Below are positions 31,301-40,450 of a stretch of DNA of 64,000 nt, piece after piece. This DNA is from Acidobacteriota bacterium (GTDB lineage: Bacteria > Acidobacteriota > UBA6911 > RPQK01 > JAJDTT01). The notes under the pieces were generated by a model that did not search any database, was not told the origin of the DNA, and saw only the letters and a list, made by a program, of their open reading frames with translations. Every line of letters begins with the position of its first letter. Positions within the stretch are counted from its first letter, which is position 1. A program made the position numbers and the translations under genes. The DNA is taken from NCBI GenBank assembly GCA_965217775.1, contig CBDCJH010000002.1:2816001-2880000 (forward strand). Reading direction: 5' to 3'.

Positions 31301-32561
31301 TATGGCCCTCAAGACTTTCGATGGCACTACGTGTCGCAATATCCCATAGGATGATCGTGTTATCACGCGACCCGGTCGCGAGCATCGTTCCATCCGGTGA
31401 AAAAGCTACGGAGCTGATTCCATCCGTGTGTTCTGCAAGGATCGCGATATGATATGGTGATATTTCGGAAAGCGCTAAACGCTCATATTGAACGTTTCCA
31501 TCAGTATCCAAGGCTTCGAACCATAAAAGATGTCTGGCCGGATTGGAAAGACTCGAAACACCAGATGGGGTCCGTCCATCATAGTCAAATTCAACGATGT
31601 TCTTTTCCTCACCGGTTGATATGCGACATGCCTTTACTTCAGGAAATCCGGACGCACGATGCCGCCGCCCGGTTTGAACAAATAAGACTACTTGATGAAG
31701 CCCGTCGGAATCACTGACTTCGAGTTGAACCGGGACGCTTTCTGAACCAGATTGATATTTTCTTCCGGAAATGAATTTGACTGTTGGTGGCGAAGCCGGT
31801 TTCGTTCCAACTTCAGAATCGAAGTAGGGGTGTACAGCTAAATAGTGTGCATTGCACACAGACAAACGATCCCTCATGGAACCGTACGCCATGACGTACG
31901 CTCTATCATTGAAATCGTGCTTCAACCCAAATGCATGTCCAAGTTCATGTGCCATCGTATCCTGTTCGAAACGGGCGGTAACAAACGCGATTCCACCAAC
32001 TTTCCCTCTGCGGCCTCCTCTGCCCGACGCACCATCAATGCTGTTGACACTTATGTCAGGAATGAATATATACACATTTTCATTGAGATCATACGCGCTC
32101 CCTACTTCATTGAGGACACTACTAAGGGTATTGTCAAAATAGTGGATGTCAGGGTGCCGCCCGTCAACACGGTGAACTATCGGTTCCCCTCCAGCATCGG
32201 TTTCCAGGTGGAAAGTACTGTTCCCGTAGCCGAGTTCTTGCATCTGCTCGGCAAAGAAGGTCTGAATCTCGACGATGGACGCCTTCATCCGATCGACGAC
32301 CTCGGCGCGGTACGGACGATCGTTGGGCAGGAAGTAGATGAGCCGAACCGTGCGGGGCTCCCCAACGTCCAAATCAGGGGCATCAGCGGCACGCAATCGA
32401 GCAGCATCGACATGGTCGCCGGCTGGCATATCGAACTCTATGGGCGAGCAGAAATGAACCTCATCCGCCGGCCACGAGGACGAAGCAACCCCGACTGCCT
32501 GGGGCAAGAGGACATGGCTGACCAAAAAGAAAACGGCGCAAGTAACAACGAGTCTTCTCAT
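28317..32561 (-). CDS. Secreted metzincin peptidase + WD40 propeller + Ig-like domain + second WD40 block
   Basis: Signal peptide; AHELGHAFGLKH followed by a Met-turn; ~20 GH...SVAFSPDG..LASGS.D..WD repeats; KVSGDNQ...PLVVEV...VTFTVTKGGG Ig-like segment. Confidence 0.9.
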   Translation of the reverse strand: MRRLVVTCAVFFLVSHVLLPQAVGVASSSWPADEVHFCSPIEFDMPAGDHVDAARLRAADAPDLDVGEPRTVRLIYFLPNDRPYRAEVVDRMKASIVEIQTFFAEQMQELGYGNSTFHLETDAGGEPIVHRVDGRHPDIHYFDNTLSSVLNEVGSAYDLNENVYIFIPDISVNSIDGASGRGGRRGKVGGIAFVTARFEQDTMAHELGHAFGLKHDFNDRAYVMAYGSMRDRLSVCNAHYLAVHPYFDSEVGTKPASPPTVKFISGRKYQSGSESVPVQLEVSDSDGLHQVVLFVQTGRRHRASGFPEVKACRISTGEEKNIVEFDYDGRTPSGVSSLSNPARHLLWFEALDTDGNVQYERLALSEISPYHIAILAEHTDGISSVAFSPDGTMLATGSRDNTIILWDIATRSAIESLEGHTDGVASVAFSPDGTMLASGSLDNTIILWDVATRRNVRSLTGHWGWVNSVAFSPNGTVLASASFAGEILLWDLETGLTNGGLDGHDSRVDSVAFSPDGAILASGSADGTVRLWDIATQHNVGTLEPAGWVRSVAFSRDGTTIASGSLEKTIVLWDVATRSRIHVLEGHRGWVESVAFSPNGATLVSGSTDGTVILWDVSTGNSFDVVGRGESVTSVAFSFDGKMLASGSEDTTAELWDASTWTILRPDKVVKVSGDNQEDMPGVELEHPLVVEVKNVSNTPVPGTQVTFTVTKGGGRLAEKFTVANAMTDSNGRAEMTFTLGPSPGENIVEVSIGERELASFVAVGAGTPPVLRVNSGYRAWNLPEGTIARLGKGRVGRSDKAIAFSPDGQRLAVTSSLGIWFYDLPMARPLELLATEEWVQSLAFSPDGTRLVSGSRNGGVNLHELATGQDVANLEWQGTWVNSVAFSPDGMMLAFTSRDYTVKLWEVATREYIATYEGHTSFVDSVVFSPDGTILASAGGDGQVKLWEVATGENIATHRHRKGIPSIAFSPDGASLASASWDGTVKLWEIATGENIATYEGHTGGVKAVAFSPDGTILASGSDDETVKLWDIVTGEDVATLRGHAIGIESVAFSHDGTIVASASTDETVRLWDVATGQVVAIIDGHTGPVFSVEFSRDGTMLASGLWDRRIKLWDLRTGENFVTFDRHEHSVLSAAISPDGTTLASGSRDRTVKLWNISTGQNIATLYHNEYVYSVVFSRDGKMLVSGSGDGTIKQWIVATGENVVSHKGHGGQGRPLEFSLDGNMLVSGSPDGKVRLWDFATGESIFTLEGHTGWVTSATFSPDRTTLASGSFDNTIRLWEVSTGRNIFTLEGHRFSVSSLAFTADGTLLASGSVDRMVKLWDVGTGENLATLEGHTDPVHSVAFSPGDSMLASGSSHGTILLWDMWPRHVRRLEEGLRDLDKAGQRNSRPEVFPDALRTLDDALRERTRSR

Positions 32562-32723
32562 GGTTTCATGTTCCCACAAGTCTAAGAAAGGCAGCCCGAT
32601 ATTTCACCATCACCGACGGCTGAGCACCGGACACAAATAATGCGCGCAGGGCAAATTGCGGGCACAGAGACGGGACCAGGGATGCGACAGACCGGAAAGA
32701 GCCATTCAATTGCTCAACTTTCC

Positions 32724-33611
32724 CTATCGCAGAATAGAGCTTGTAACCGGTATTGAGCTGTAAAACCCATGCGACAAGATCAGTGCCATCGCGTGAACGT
32801 CATACCCCGGAGTCACCTCCCCGTCGGAATCCACCCGAAGAAAGTGCATGGTCCCATAGAATCGCTCGCCGACCGAAGGAACGATCTCATTGACAAATCG
32901 GGCCAATTGACTTCTTGGTTCGAGTGATATTGTTCCGGTTGCGTTGGTCAACCCCTCGTTGTCGAAGAGGTAATACCTCAGTCGAACTGTGACATCCGAA
33001 TTGTTGGCCAGCGCGATGGCAGTATTCGTATCCAGCGAAACGTCTCTTCTGACCGGGACCAGGAAAGCAGGAGTTGCCGAGCTGGCGCCGACACCCACGA
33101 TCGATTGGATCGTCCCTGTTCCGGAATCCAGGATCTGGTACGCGGCGACTCCTCCCATCAATTTCCCGGACGGTGCGGAGACCCTCGCCCAGCCCACCGC
33201 GAGGTCTCCTTCCCCGCGAGTCTCCAGGAATACCGATTCAAAGCCCGGAATCGGGACGACAATCGTAGTGCCCGAACCAACGACCTCCCGAGTTGCGGAA
33301 TCGTAGAGTTCGACTGACATGGGCTCTCCGCCGGATGTCCGGAATTTGAGAGTTGCGTCCAACTCGTCCTTGTCCGCGTTGCTCAGAACGATGGAGGTCG
33401 TGATTCCCAAATTTCCGGAGACCCCGTTCGCCAATTGAGGGAAGACGATCTCGTCGGAGGGATCGACGGCGAACTGCTCTTCCCTGCTGAGCTCCAACAG
33501 CGCGGTGAGCTTTTGTTCATATAGCGCTGCCCGTTCATCCCCACCTAATGCAAGTGGGGACTCAAGGAACATAGTGGATAGCAGCGCGACGGCCAGCAAT
33601 GTTCGTATCAT
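32724..33611 (-). CDS. Secreted hypothetical protein (beta-rich)
   Basis: ATG 33611 after GGAGGAG; signal peptide; FPQLANG, GWARV, NTAIALAN. Confidence 0.75.
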   Translation of the reverse strand: MIRTLLAVALLSTMFLESPLALGGDERAALYEQKLTALLELSREEQFAVDPSDEIVFPQLANGVSGNLGITTSIVLSNADKDELDATLKFRTSGGEPMSVELYDSATREVVGSGTTIVVPIPGFESVFLETRGEGDLAVGWARVSAPSGKLMGGVAAYQILDSGTGTIQSIVGVGASSATPAFLVPVRRDVSLDTNTAIALANNSDVTVRLRYYLFDNEGLTNATGTISLEPRSQLARFVNEIVPSVGERFYGTMHFLRVDSDGEVTPGYDVHAMALILSHGFYSSIPVTSSILR

Positions 33612-33654
33612 GCCTGTCTCCTCCAACGGTGAAATCAGGGTGCCTGGATCCTCC

Positions 33655-34010
33655 TGCCGGATTCTCAACGCCTACGGATCGGCATCCTTCATGACGAAAC
33701 GGAGCCGGACCGGCTTTCCCCCGAGTTCCCTACCAGCCCGTGGCAAAAGTCGTCACGGCATTCGACCGTCCCTGCATCCCGGCGGACTGCGTTGCGACTC
33801 GGTCACATACTCCCGGTATGCTCCCTCATCGCGCCTTGTCCGGCGGGCGCAGGAACGGTCTCGGTGCTCGCGCGACTTTCACCACGGACTGCTAACGTCG
33901 CTGCCCTTCTCCCAGGTGACGACTCGTTCGATTTCATCGCCGATGGTCTCCTGGCCGCCGGAGCCCGCGAACCCCGGGATTACTTTACAGTTGGCATCCC
34001 CCATCGTCAC
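33655..34010 (-). pseudogene. 3' remnant of a paralogue of the 23750-25255 gene, split by a MITE
   Basis: VIPGF...IGDEIERVVTWEKGSDV|RELGGKPVRLRFVMKDAD versus PIPGF...IGDQIERNVAWKGGSDLSSLSGKTVRMRVVLKDAD. Confidence 0.85.
33734..33891. mobile_element. 158-bp MITE (IS5/IS1182-like ends)
   Basis: Imperfect TIRs CAGCCCGTGGCAAAAGTC / GACTTTCACCACGGACTG; flanks CTAC / CTAA; removal restores the host reading frame. Confidence 0.85.
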
Positions 34011-34180
34011 TCGCAGGCTTCGGGCTCGCGCGCGGCGATGGCCTGTAGGGCCAAAGCCGGACGACATTGTGGGCGCCGCGGGTGACGGTCCCTCCTAACA
34101 AGATGCGGTTAGTCGAGCAAGGGACGACGAGGAGACACGACTACGGTCCGATGATTGCGGATCCCTGCATGAAGTATACG

Positions 34181-34303
34181 GATCGGAAGAACCGGACGCT
34201 GCACGTCACGCGCACGCCGCGGCCGATCTCCGGCGCTAGTTCCTTGATGAAGGAGGAGTGCTTACGAAAGAGCCGATCGCCCAGGTTGAAGACGTTCACC
34301 GCG
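34181..34303 (-). pseudogene. Orphan 3' end of a TonB-dependent receptor gene
   Basis: AVNVFNLGDRLFRKHSSFIKELAPEIGRGVRVT; homologous to 36531-36655 and 43850-43970. Confidence 0.88.
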
Positions 34304-34429
34304 AATCAAGGACAAACTGTCACGCAGCATCACCGGCGCAACGACCGCCGGGAATTCCGACGGTCGAAGCACCGGTTTGGCCACCCGAGGTGCGCCGACT
34401 GCCGCGGCGCCACAGGAGTAGGAGATAGA

Positions 34430-34900
34430 TCAGAAGAACCGGACCATGTGCGTGAACCGTATGCCGCGGCCGATCTCGGGGGCCAAATCCTTGATGAAAG
34501 ACGAGTGGTTTCGATAGAGGCGGTCGCCCAGGTTGAAAACGTTCACCGCGAACAGGTGCGACAGGTGCTGCTGGACGTAGGTATACGAGGCCTTCAGATT
34601 CACGACTCCGTAGCCGGGGGTGACGGTCCTGTCGTCCTCGGTGAACAAGCTGTCCGGATAGGAGATCACCTGGTCTGTGCCTGCAGGGACCCGATCGAAC
34701 TCGAAGCTGCCATCGTCGCCGCTGAAGGTGCTCCGGCCCAACTCGACGATCAACACCATGGCCTGGTGAAGAGGGTCTCCCGTCTCCTTCAGTGAAACGG
34801 TTCCCTTCAGGCCGCCCTTCGATTGAGCCGCCGCCTGCGATTGGAACAGCAGCGACAGGAGGACGGTCCCGAACGCGAGAAACTTGAAGGCAAGGACCGG
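34430..34900 (-). pseudogene. Internally deleted TonB-dependent receptor
   Basis: Signal peptide + N-domain (LKETGDPLH...DSLFTE) fused in frame to the last ~60 codons (TPGYGVVNLKASY...RFF). Confidence 0.88.
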
Positions 34901-35199
34901 AGAGCCGAAAACGGCGCGTCCACCCTGGGGCCGCCCAGGTTGATCTTTAACCGCGACCCCGCAGGAGCCGAATGCTGCATGGGATTGTGGCGAGGGATGA
35001 ACGCTTTCCTCGCTGACCATGCAGCGAGACTCTAGTCATGGTCCGGTCCACGTCTACCAAAAAGCTTCGAACGGGACGAGAACGGCGGTCAGCGGGACCA
35101 CGGACCCGGAAAGCGGAAGCCGGGTCGGATCGATCGGCGATGCCCGGATGCCGAACCCGAATGTCAGCTCCTCGCTTCCAGCCGGGACGGGAAACCTTA

Positions 35200-35400
35200 T
35201 TCCTTGGTGCCGGTCGAGGTCGGAGGCGGCTTCCCCGGGTCGGACCGGAGGAACCTCCCGTACCCCAAGACGATACCCGTCACTTCGGGGGTCGCTTTCA
35301 GTCTCTCCAGGAGTCTCGCCCGCAGCTCCGGGTTCTGCCGGCCCCGGCCGTAGGTCGGATGGGGAAAGGTCAGGAAAAAGAGTCCCGGGGACACCAGAAC
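35200..35400 (-). pseudogene. Orphan 3' end of the 39106-40368 GHL10-like gene
   Basis: FLTFPHPTYGRGRQNPELRARLLERLKATPEVTGIVLGYGRFLRS versus YLTFPHPTYGRGRQNPELRTRLLKKLEAIPELTGIVMGYGTFLRS. Confidence 0.92.
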
Positions 35401-35545
35401 AACGTAAAAAGGGACAGTCTGTTTTTCGGGGTCTCAGTTGCGGTCCGTAGGGGCTCCCCTTGTGGGTGCCCTCTTCGGTCCGTAGGGGCTCCCCTTGTGG
35501 GTGCCCTCTTCGGACCTGGTAGAAAGGGAAAGTCCATTGTTCCTT
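35401..35545 (+). repeat. Repeat cluster: AAAGGGACAGTC motif x2 + tandem GTAG-type REP x2
   Basis: AACGTAAAAAGGGACAGTC at 35401; 34-bp GTAGGGGCTCCCCTTGTGGGTGCCCTCTTCGG unit twice; GTAGAAAGGGAAAGTCC at 35519. Confidence 0.85.
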
Positions 35546-35551
35546 CGTCCG

Positions 35552-36400
35552 TCAAACGGCGGTGTCAGGTTCCCAAAAGCCCGATTCGTGAAGATCCCGC
35601 CAGGGGATCAGCCTCCCTGCTTTGCGCTGCTGGGGTTGATCGCCCCCGTAGGCCACGAGGACCGAACATGGACGAGGCAATTGCGAAAGATGTCTGCGAA
35701 CGCGCCGGGCGCCGCGAAACAGAGTGGAGGATGGCGTCGCAGAAGCCTTGGCTTCCACCAGCGTGATATGGGACGGGTGCTCGATGATGAGATCGGCCTC
35801 GGCCCCGTTACTGTCGCGGTAAAAGAACAGACCGCCCATTTCGCCCCGGTTGGTTCGGTATTTCACGATCTCCGAGACGACCCAGGTTTCGAAGATCGGG
35901 CCCCGCAGAGGATGCGCGCGGAGTTGATGGGGGTCACGGATGCCAAGCAACCAGCAGACCAGACCCGTGTCGTAGAAGTACAGTTTCGGCATCTTCACCA
36001 GCCGCTTGCGCAAATTGGCGTGAAAAGCCGTCAGGCGGAACGTGAGAAAACTGGTCTCGAGAATGCCGAGCCAAGCCTTGGCGGTCGGTTGGGAGATGCC
36101 GCAGTCGTCTGCCAACGACGAGTAATTGACCAACTGGGCCGTACGGCCGACGCACAATTGGACGAAGCGTTGGAAGGTGGGGAGATCTCCCACGTTGCTG
36201 ATGGTCCGCACGTCCCGTTCGATATAGGTCGCAACATACGAGCGGAGCCAGTCCGCCGGGTTCAGGTCTCGATCGAATATCCGCGGATAGGCGCCGGCGA
36301 AGAGAGTCTCCCCGAGACTCTGTGGATGCCGATCGAAACGCACGATCTCATTGCGGCTCAACGGAAGCAGGTGGTGGACTGCCGTCCTTCCGGCGAGCGA
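35552..36400 (-). pseudogene. AAA_14/DUF4143 ATPase, N-terminally deleted
   Basis: Begins at SLAGRTAVHHLLPLS; GAYP, YIERDV, KRLVKMPKLYFYDTG, EADL..VEAK; no Walker A/B region or cognate start. Confidence 0.82.
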
Positions 36401-36401
36401 T

Positions 36402-36434
36402 AGGATAATTCAAAATCACATATTGAATTATCCT
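36402..36434. promoter_or_regulatory. Perfect 12-bp inverted repeat, putative operator
   Basis: AGGATAATTCAA-N9-TTGAATTATCCT. Confidence 0.6.
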
Positions 36435-36530
36435 GATTTTACGCCCCTTCCATTTCCTGTGCCCGCGAGATCGTGAATTGCAGGGACGATGTTTGGCCAG
36501 CGGCCGCCACGGCAGCACGGATGTGACAGA

Positions 36531-38939
36531 TCAGAAGAACCGGAGGATGTAGGTCACTCTTACGCCGCGGCCGATTTCGGGGGCCAGGTCCTTGATGAAG
36601 GAGGAGTGGTTGCGGTAAAGCCGGTCGCCCAGGTTGAAGAGGTTCACCGCGAATTGGTGCGCCACGTGTTGCTGGGCGTAGGTGTAGGAGGCCTTCAGAT
36701 TTACGACGCCGTATCCGGGAGTCCGCGTCTCGCCGGTGAAGGTCTGATTTTGCTCGCCGGCCACGATCAGCTCGGGATTGATTCGCAATCCTCCGAGGTT
36801 GAAGTCCAGCCCGATCTTGCCCCTCAGGGGCGGGATTCTGGGCAAGGGGGTTCCGGTGTTCGTGTCTTGAGCGTCGACCCTATCCAAACCGAGATCGAGC
36901 CAGAGCACCGGGTTCAATCGGAAACCGAACGCCGCTTCCGCTCCCACGTAGCGGGCATCTCGCTGGGTGAACTCGATGACTTGGAGGCCGTCCTCCTCTT
37001 CTCCCGGTGCGAAGGGGAAGATGAAGTTCTGGAACCCGTAGTAGAAGAAGCTCAGGCTGCCATGGACCTGGTCATCCTCGTGCCGCAGCGACAGTTCGAT
37101 GCCGTCGCCGGTCTCGGCGTCCAGGAACGGATCGCCGATCTCGAACGCGAGGTTCCCGGCGTGCGGGCCGAAATTGTAGAGCTCTTCCAGGGACGGAGCC
37201 CGGTACGAATGGGAGTAGTTCACCACGAATGCCCCGTCCTGCCAGGTGTCGGCATGGATGCCGACTGAGGCGGAAGCACCGGTGAACGTCCGCTCGACGG
37301 CGTCGGCGACCTCCTCGTCGTGGTCCTCCTCCATCTCGTGCTCTGCTTCCTCGTCGTGGTGCTCCTCTTCTTCTTCGTGGCCGTGGCCGGCACTGCGTTC
37401 GGCGAAGCCCGGATGGTAGCGCTGGGTCTCCAGACGCCCGCCGAACTGGAGCTTGAAGGTCTCGAAATCCAGGACCTGCAGGGCGAAAAGGGCGAATCCG
37501 TTCTGCGTGACCGGCGGTGACAGCGCTTCCTCTCCCGTGGCCGAATAGTCTCTGGCCAGGCCCCAGAAACCGAAGCTTCCACTCAAAGGCCCTGACTCCC
37601 GCTGCTCGAAGACCCCACGGTAGGTGAACTGGGTGTTGTCGAACTCGGTGCCCACGATCCGGTCACCATCCTCCAGGAACTCGATCTCGTCGTGCGACCA
37701 GTCGGTGTAGGCCAGTTTCAGAGCGAAATGGTCGAGGGCGCCGCCCAGGTCCTTCAGTCCCCAGTTGAAGCGGTAGCTCAGGCGCTGGGCGTCGACCTGG
37801 ATGCGATCGATCTCCTCTTCCTCCTCGTGCCCGTGCTCGTCTTCTTCGTCGTGATGCTCACCCTCCTCTTCGTCGTGGTGCTCTTCCTCTTCCCCGTGGT
37901 GGCCGTGGAACTCCTGGACGAAGGGGACGCCGTAAATCCCGTCGTCGTACTTGGCTTCCACGCTGAAGAACATCTTCTTGCCGTAGAACCCGAAGCCGCC
38001 GCCGCCGTTGGCAATCTTGGACCGGGAGTTGTAGATGGCGCCCTGCCCCGGGGCCGTGTAGTCGCCGGTGCGCATTCCCCCGCCCTGTCCCCAGAACAGC
38101 CAGTCGCCGGCCCCGAGCTCGAAGCCGGCGTTGACTCCGCCCAGGGAGTTGTTCGTGCCCGCGGAGCCGGAGATGAAGCCGCGCACCCCTTCGTGCGGGT
38201 GATGGTGCACCTGGTGATGACGGCTGATGGCGTTGACCGTGCCCCCCATGGAGCTTCCGCTGTAGAGCAGCGTCGCCGGACCCTTGACGACCTCCAGCCG
38301 CTCCAGTTGCGCCGGGTTGATCAATTCCCCGTGGTCGCCGGACTGGGAGGACAGGGATCCGGACCGGATCCCGTCCTCCATGATCAGGACGCGGTCGCCG
38401 TCGAAACCGCGGATGATGGGCCGCGCCGGACCCGGCCCGAAACCGCGTTTGGCGATACCGCTGCCCACCTTGTGGTCCAGCAACTCGCCGATGGTGACAT
38501 CCGCCGACTCGGCCATCTGGTATGGCCCCAACGACTCGACACTCTGGAAGGACTCGAAGACGGTCTCGTGCTCGTCACTTGCCGTCACCGTGACTTCGTA
38601 TCGCCTGGACAACAGCTCCAGGAAGATGTTCGCTTCTGCCGCCGCTCCAGGGTCGACGTTCACCATGGTGGTGACTTCGGTGAACAGGCTGTCCAGATGG
38701 GTGATCAGACGGTAGGTCCCTGCAGGAATGCCATCGAACTCGTAGTTTCCATCGTCGCCGGTGACGGTGCTCCGATCCAGCTCCTCAATGGACACGCTGG
38801 CGTGGTGCAGAGGTTGACCGGTCTCCTTCAGAGTGACCTTGCCCCTCAGTGAGCCGTTCGATTGGGCGACTACCGCCGGCTGGAACATCCACGGCAGCAG
38901 GACGACCCAGACCGCCAGAAACCTGTGACCAATGCGCAT
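36531..38939 (-). CDS. His/Glu-rich TonB-dependent receptor (ZnuD-like metal uptake)
   Basis: RPIIRGFDGDRV, EVVKGPATLLY plug motifs; two His/Glu tracts; RAPSLEELY, RNHSSFIKD; terminal Phe. Confidence 0.92.
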   Translation of the reverse strand: MRIGHRFLAVWVVLLPWMFQPAVVAQSNGSLRGKVTLKETGQPLHHASVSIEELDRSTVTGDDGNYEFDGIPAGTYRLITHLDSLFTEVTTMVNVDPGAAAEANIFLELLSRRYEVTVTASDEHETVFESFQSVESLGPYQMAESADVTIGELLDHKVGSGIAKRGFGPGPARPIIRGFDGDRVLIMEDGIRSGSLSSQSGDHGELINPAQLERLEVVKGPATLLYSGSSMGGTVNAISRHHQVHHHPHEGVRGFISGSAGTNNSLGGVNAGFELGAGDWLFWGQGGGMRTGDYTAPGQGAIYNSRSKIANGGGGFGFYGKKMFFSVEAKYDDGIYGVPFVQEFHGHHGEEEEHHDEEEGEHHDEEDEHGHEEEEEIDRIQVDAQRLSYRFNWGLKDLGGALDHFALKLAYTDWSHDEIEFLEDGDRIVGTEFDNTQFTYRGVFEQRESGPLSGSFGFWGLARDYSATGEEALSPPVTQNGFALFALQVLDFETFKLQFGGRLETQRYHPGFAERSAGHGHEEEEEHHDEEAEHEMEEDHDEEVADAVERTFTGASASVGIHADTWQDGAFVVNYSHSYRAPSLEELYNFGPHAGNLAFEIGDPFLDAETGDGIELSLRHEDDQVHGSLSFFYYGFQNFIFPFAPGEEEDGLQVIEFTQRDARYVGAEAAFGFRLNPVLWLDLGLDRVDAQDTNTGTPLPRIPPLRGKIGLDFNLGGLRINPELIVAGEQNQTFTGETRTPGYGVVNLKASYTYAQQHVAHQFAVNLFNLGDRLYRNHSSFIKDLAPEIGRGVRVTYILRFF

Positions 38940-39105
38940 GCAAACCTCCCTGCGAATTCCGTGCAATTCGGGCGGGAGTATCGGCGACGGACCAATCTGG
39001 GACTACAAAAAAACGGTGGGCGGGACCGGTCGGTCTGCAACCGGGACCCTGACTCCGGCGAACAGACGGGGAGGCGGTTCAGGTTCGAGGGCGGAATTGG
39101 GTCGC

Positions 39106-40368
39106 CTATTGTGCGGGGTTGGCGGCATGGGACCGGAGGAACGTTCCGTACCCCATGACGATACCCGTCAGTTCGGGGATCGCTTCCAGTTTCTTAAGCA
39201 GTCTCGTCCGCAGCTCCGGGTTCTGCCGGCCGCGGCCGTAGGTCGGATGGGGAAAGGTCAGGTAAAAGAGTCTCGGGTACACCAGAAGATCGACTCCGTG
39301 ACGGGCGCAGAGCGGGCCGTAGTCCTGGCTCAGAGCCTCTTCGACAGGGGGCAGGCCGAGATCGTCCTCCTGGCTTTGGAGGTAGCCCATGGTGCGCTGG
39401 ATGCGCCGCGGGTAGCGGGCTCGTTCGTTGGTGATGTGTCCGACCACGAGTTGGTCGACGATCCCGTCCGAGACCCAGCGCCGCCACTGGATTCTCATGT
39501 TGCCGAAGGGGGGACCCAGGTACTCCCCCTGTTGCACGCCCACCGCCAGCTTCTGTCCCCGGCTCTTGAGGTGATTCTTGACCTCCTTGAGGAAGGTGGT
39601 GAAGAACTCACCTCGCAGATTCCGCCACTTCTCCAGGTCGAAGCGCTCGCGCAGGATGTCCCGTCCGTAGCGGCGCTTGTACTCCTGGACCACCGGCTTG
39701 TTGAAGCCGAATTGATCGGCGTGGACGGGCGGGGGCGAATGGGAGCGAAGGCTCAGGAAGACGCCATCCAGATCGAAGCGGTCGGAGAAGGCCCGGATGA
39801 CCTTGAGCATGTATTGCCGAACCTCCGGGTAGGCGTACTCCATGACCCCCCATTGGTACTTCCGGCCATTCGCGGTGAGGCTTCGGTCGCAGGCCAGAAA
39901 CTGCGGGTTCCGGCGGGTGAAGCGGGACTGCCAGGGAAAAGGAACCGAGTCGGCGGAAAGGACGTCGGGGGGGCACCCTTCGTCCAGGACGGTCAGCCAG
40001 ACGTAGGCACGAATGCCCGCCGCCTTCATGGTGTTGACGGCGGTCTCCATGAGATCCGACTCCCAGGCCGCCCGGGTCTTCGCCATCCCCGTCCGGTGTT
40101 CTTCGTTGGCGGGCACCGCGTCGTGAAAAAGGAGGACGCGGAAGTTGTCGCCGCGGAAGAGGACCTGATCGATTCCCTTCGATTTCCAGGATCGGACGGA
40201 CTGGCGCACCTTGTCGGGAGTGTCCAGTCGAGCCGCCCCCGGGACCTTGGTCATGATGACGTCGCCCCAACTCACGATCATGACGTTCTGTTTGTCGCGA
40301 GCTTGGGCCGGGATTGGCAGGAAGAGGAAGAAGGCGATTGCTGCGATTGAGCCGGTACGCATGTTCAT
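39106..40368 (-). CDS. Secreted GHL10-like glycoside hydrolase
   Basis: Signal peptide; MEYAYPEVRQY, DLDGVFL, FGFNKPVVQEY. Confidence 0.75.
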   Translation of the reverse strand: MNMRTGSIAAIAFFLFLPIPAQARDKQNVMIVSWGDVIMTKVPGAARLDTPDKVRQSVRSWKSKGIDQVLFRGDNFRVLLFHDAVPANEEHRTGMAKTRAAWESDLMETAVNTMKAAGIRAYVWLTVLDEGCPPDVLSADSVPFPWQSRFTRRNPQFLACDRSLTANGRKYQWGVMEYAYPEVRQYMLKVIRAFSDRFDLDGVFLSLRSHSPPPVHADQFGFNKPVVQEYKRRYGRDILRERFDLEKWRNLRGEFFTTFLKEVKNHLKSRGQKLAVGVQQGEYLGPPFGNMRIQWRRWVSDGIVDQLVVGHITNERARYPRRIQRTMGYLQSQEDDLGLPPVEEALSQDYGPLCARHGVDLLVYPRLFYLTFPHPTYGRGRQNPELRTRLLKKLEAIPELTGIVMGYGTFLRSHAANPAQ

Positions 40369-40384
40369 TCCTCCTGGAATGGAT

Positions 40385-40450
40385 GGGAGCGGCGGCTTTC
40401 TTGCCGCCGGTTCGGGGGAGCAAGAGGGGGACTACAAGTCCCCCCCCTCC
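40385..40450. repeat. REPIN-like double hairpin
   Basis: CGGCGGC-TTTCTT-GCCGCCG and GGGGGACT-ACA-AGTCCCCC; similar to 47444-47500 and 26603-26652. Confidence 0.6.

Noticed and set aside
28450-31450. ~126-bp periodic DNA repeats
   Set aside because: Fully explained by WD40 coding repeats
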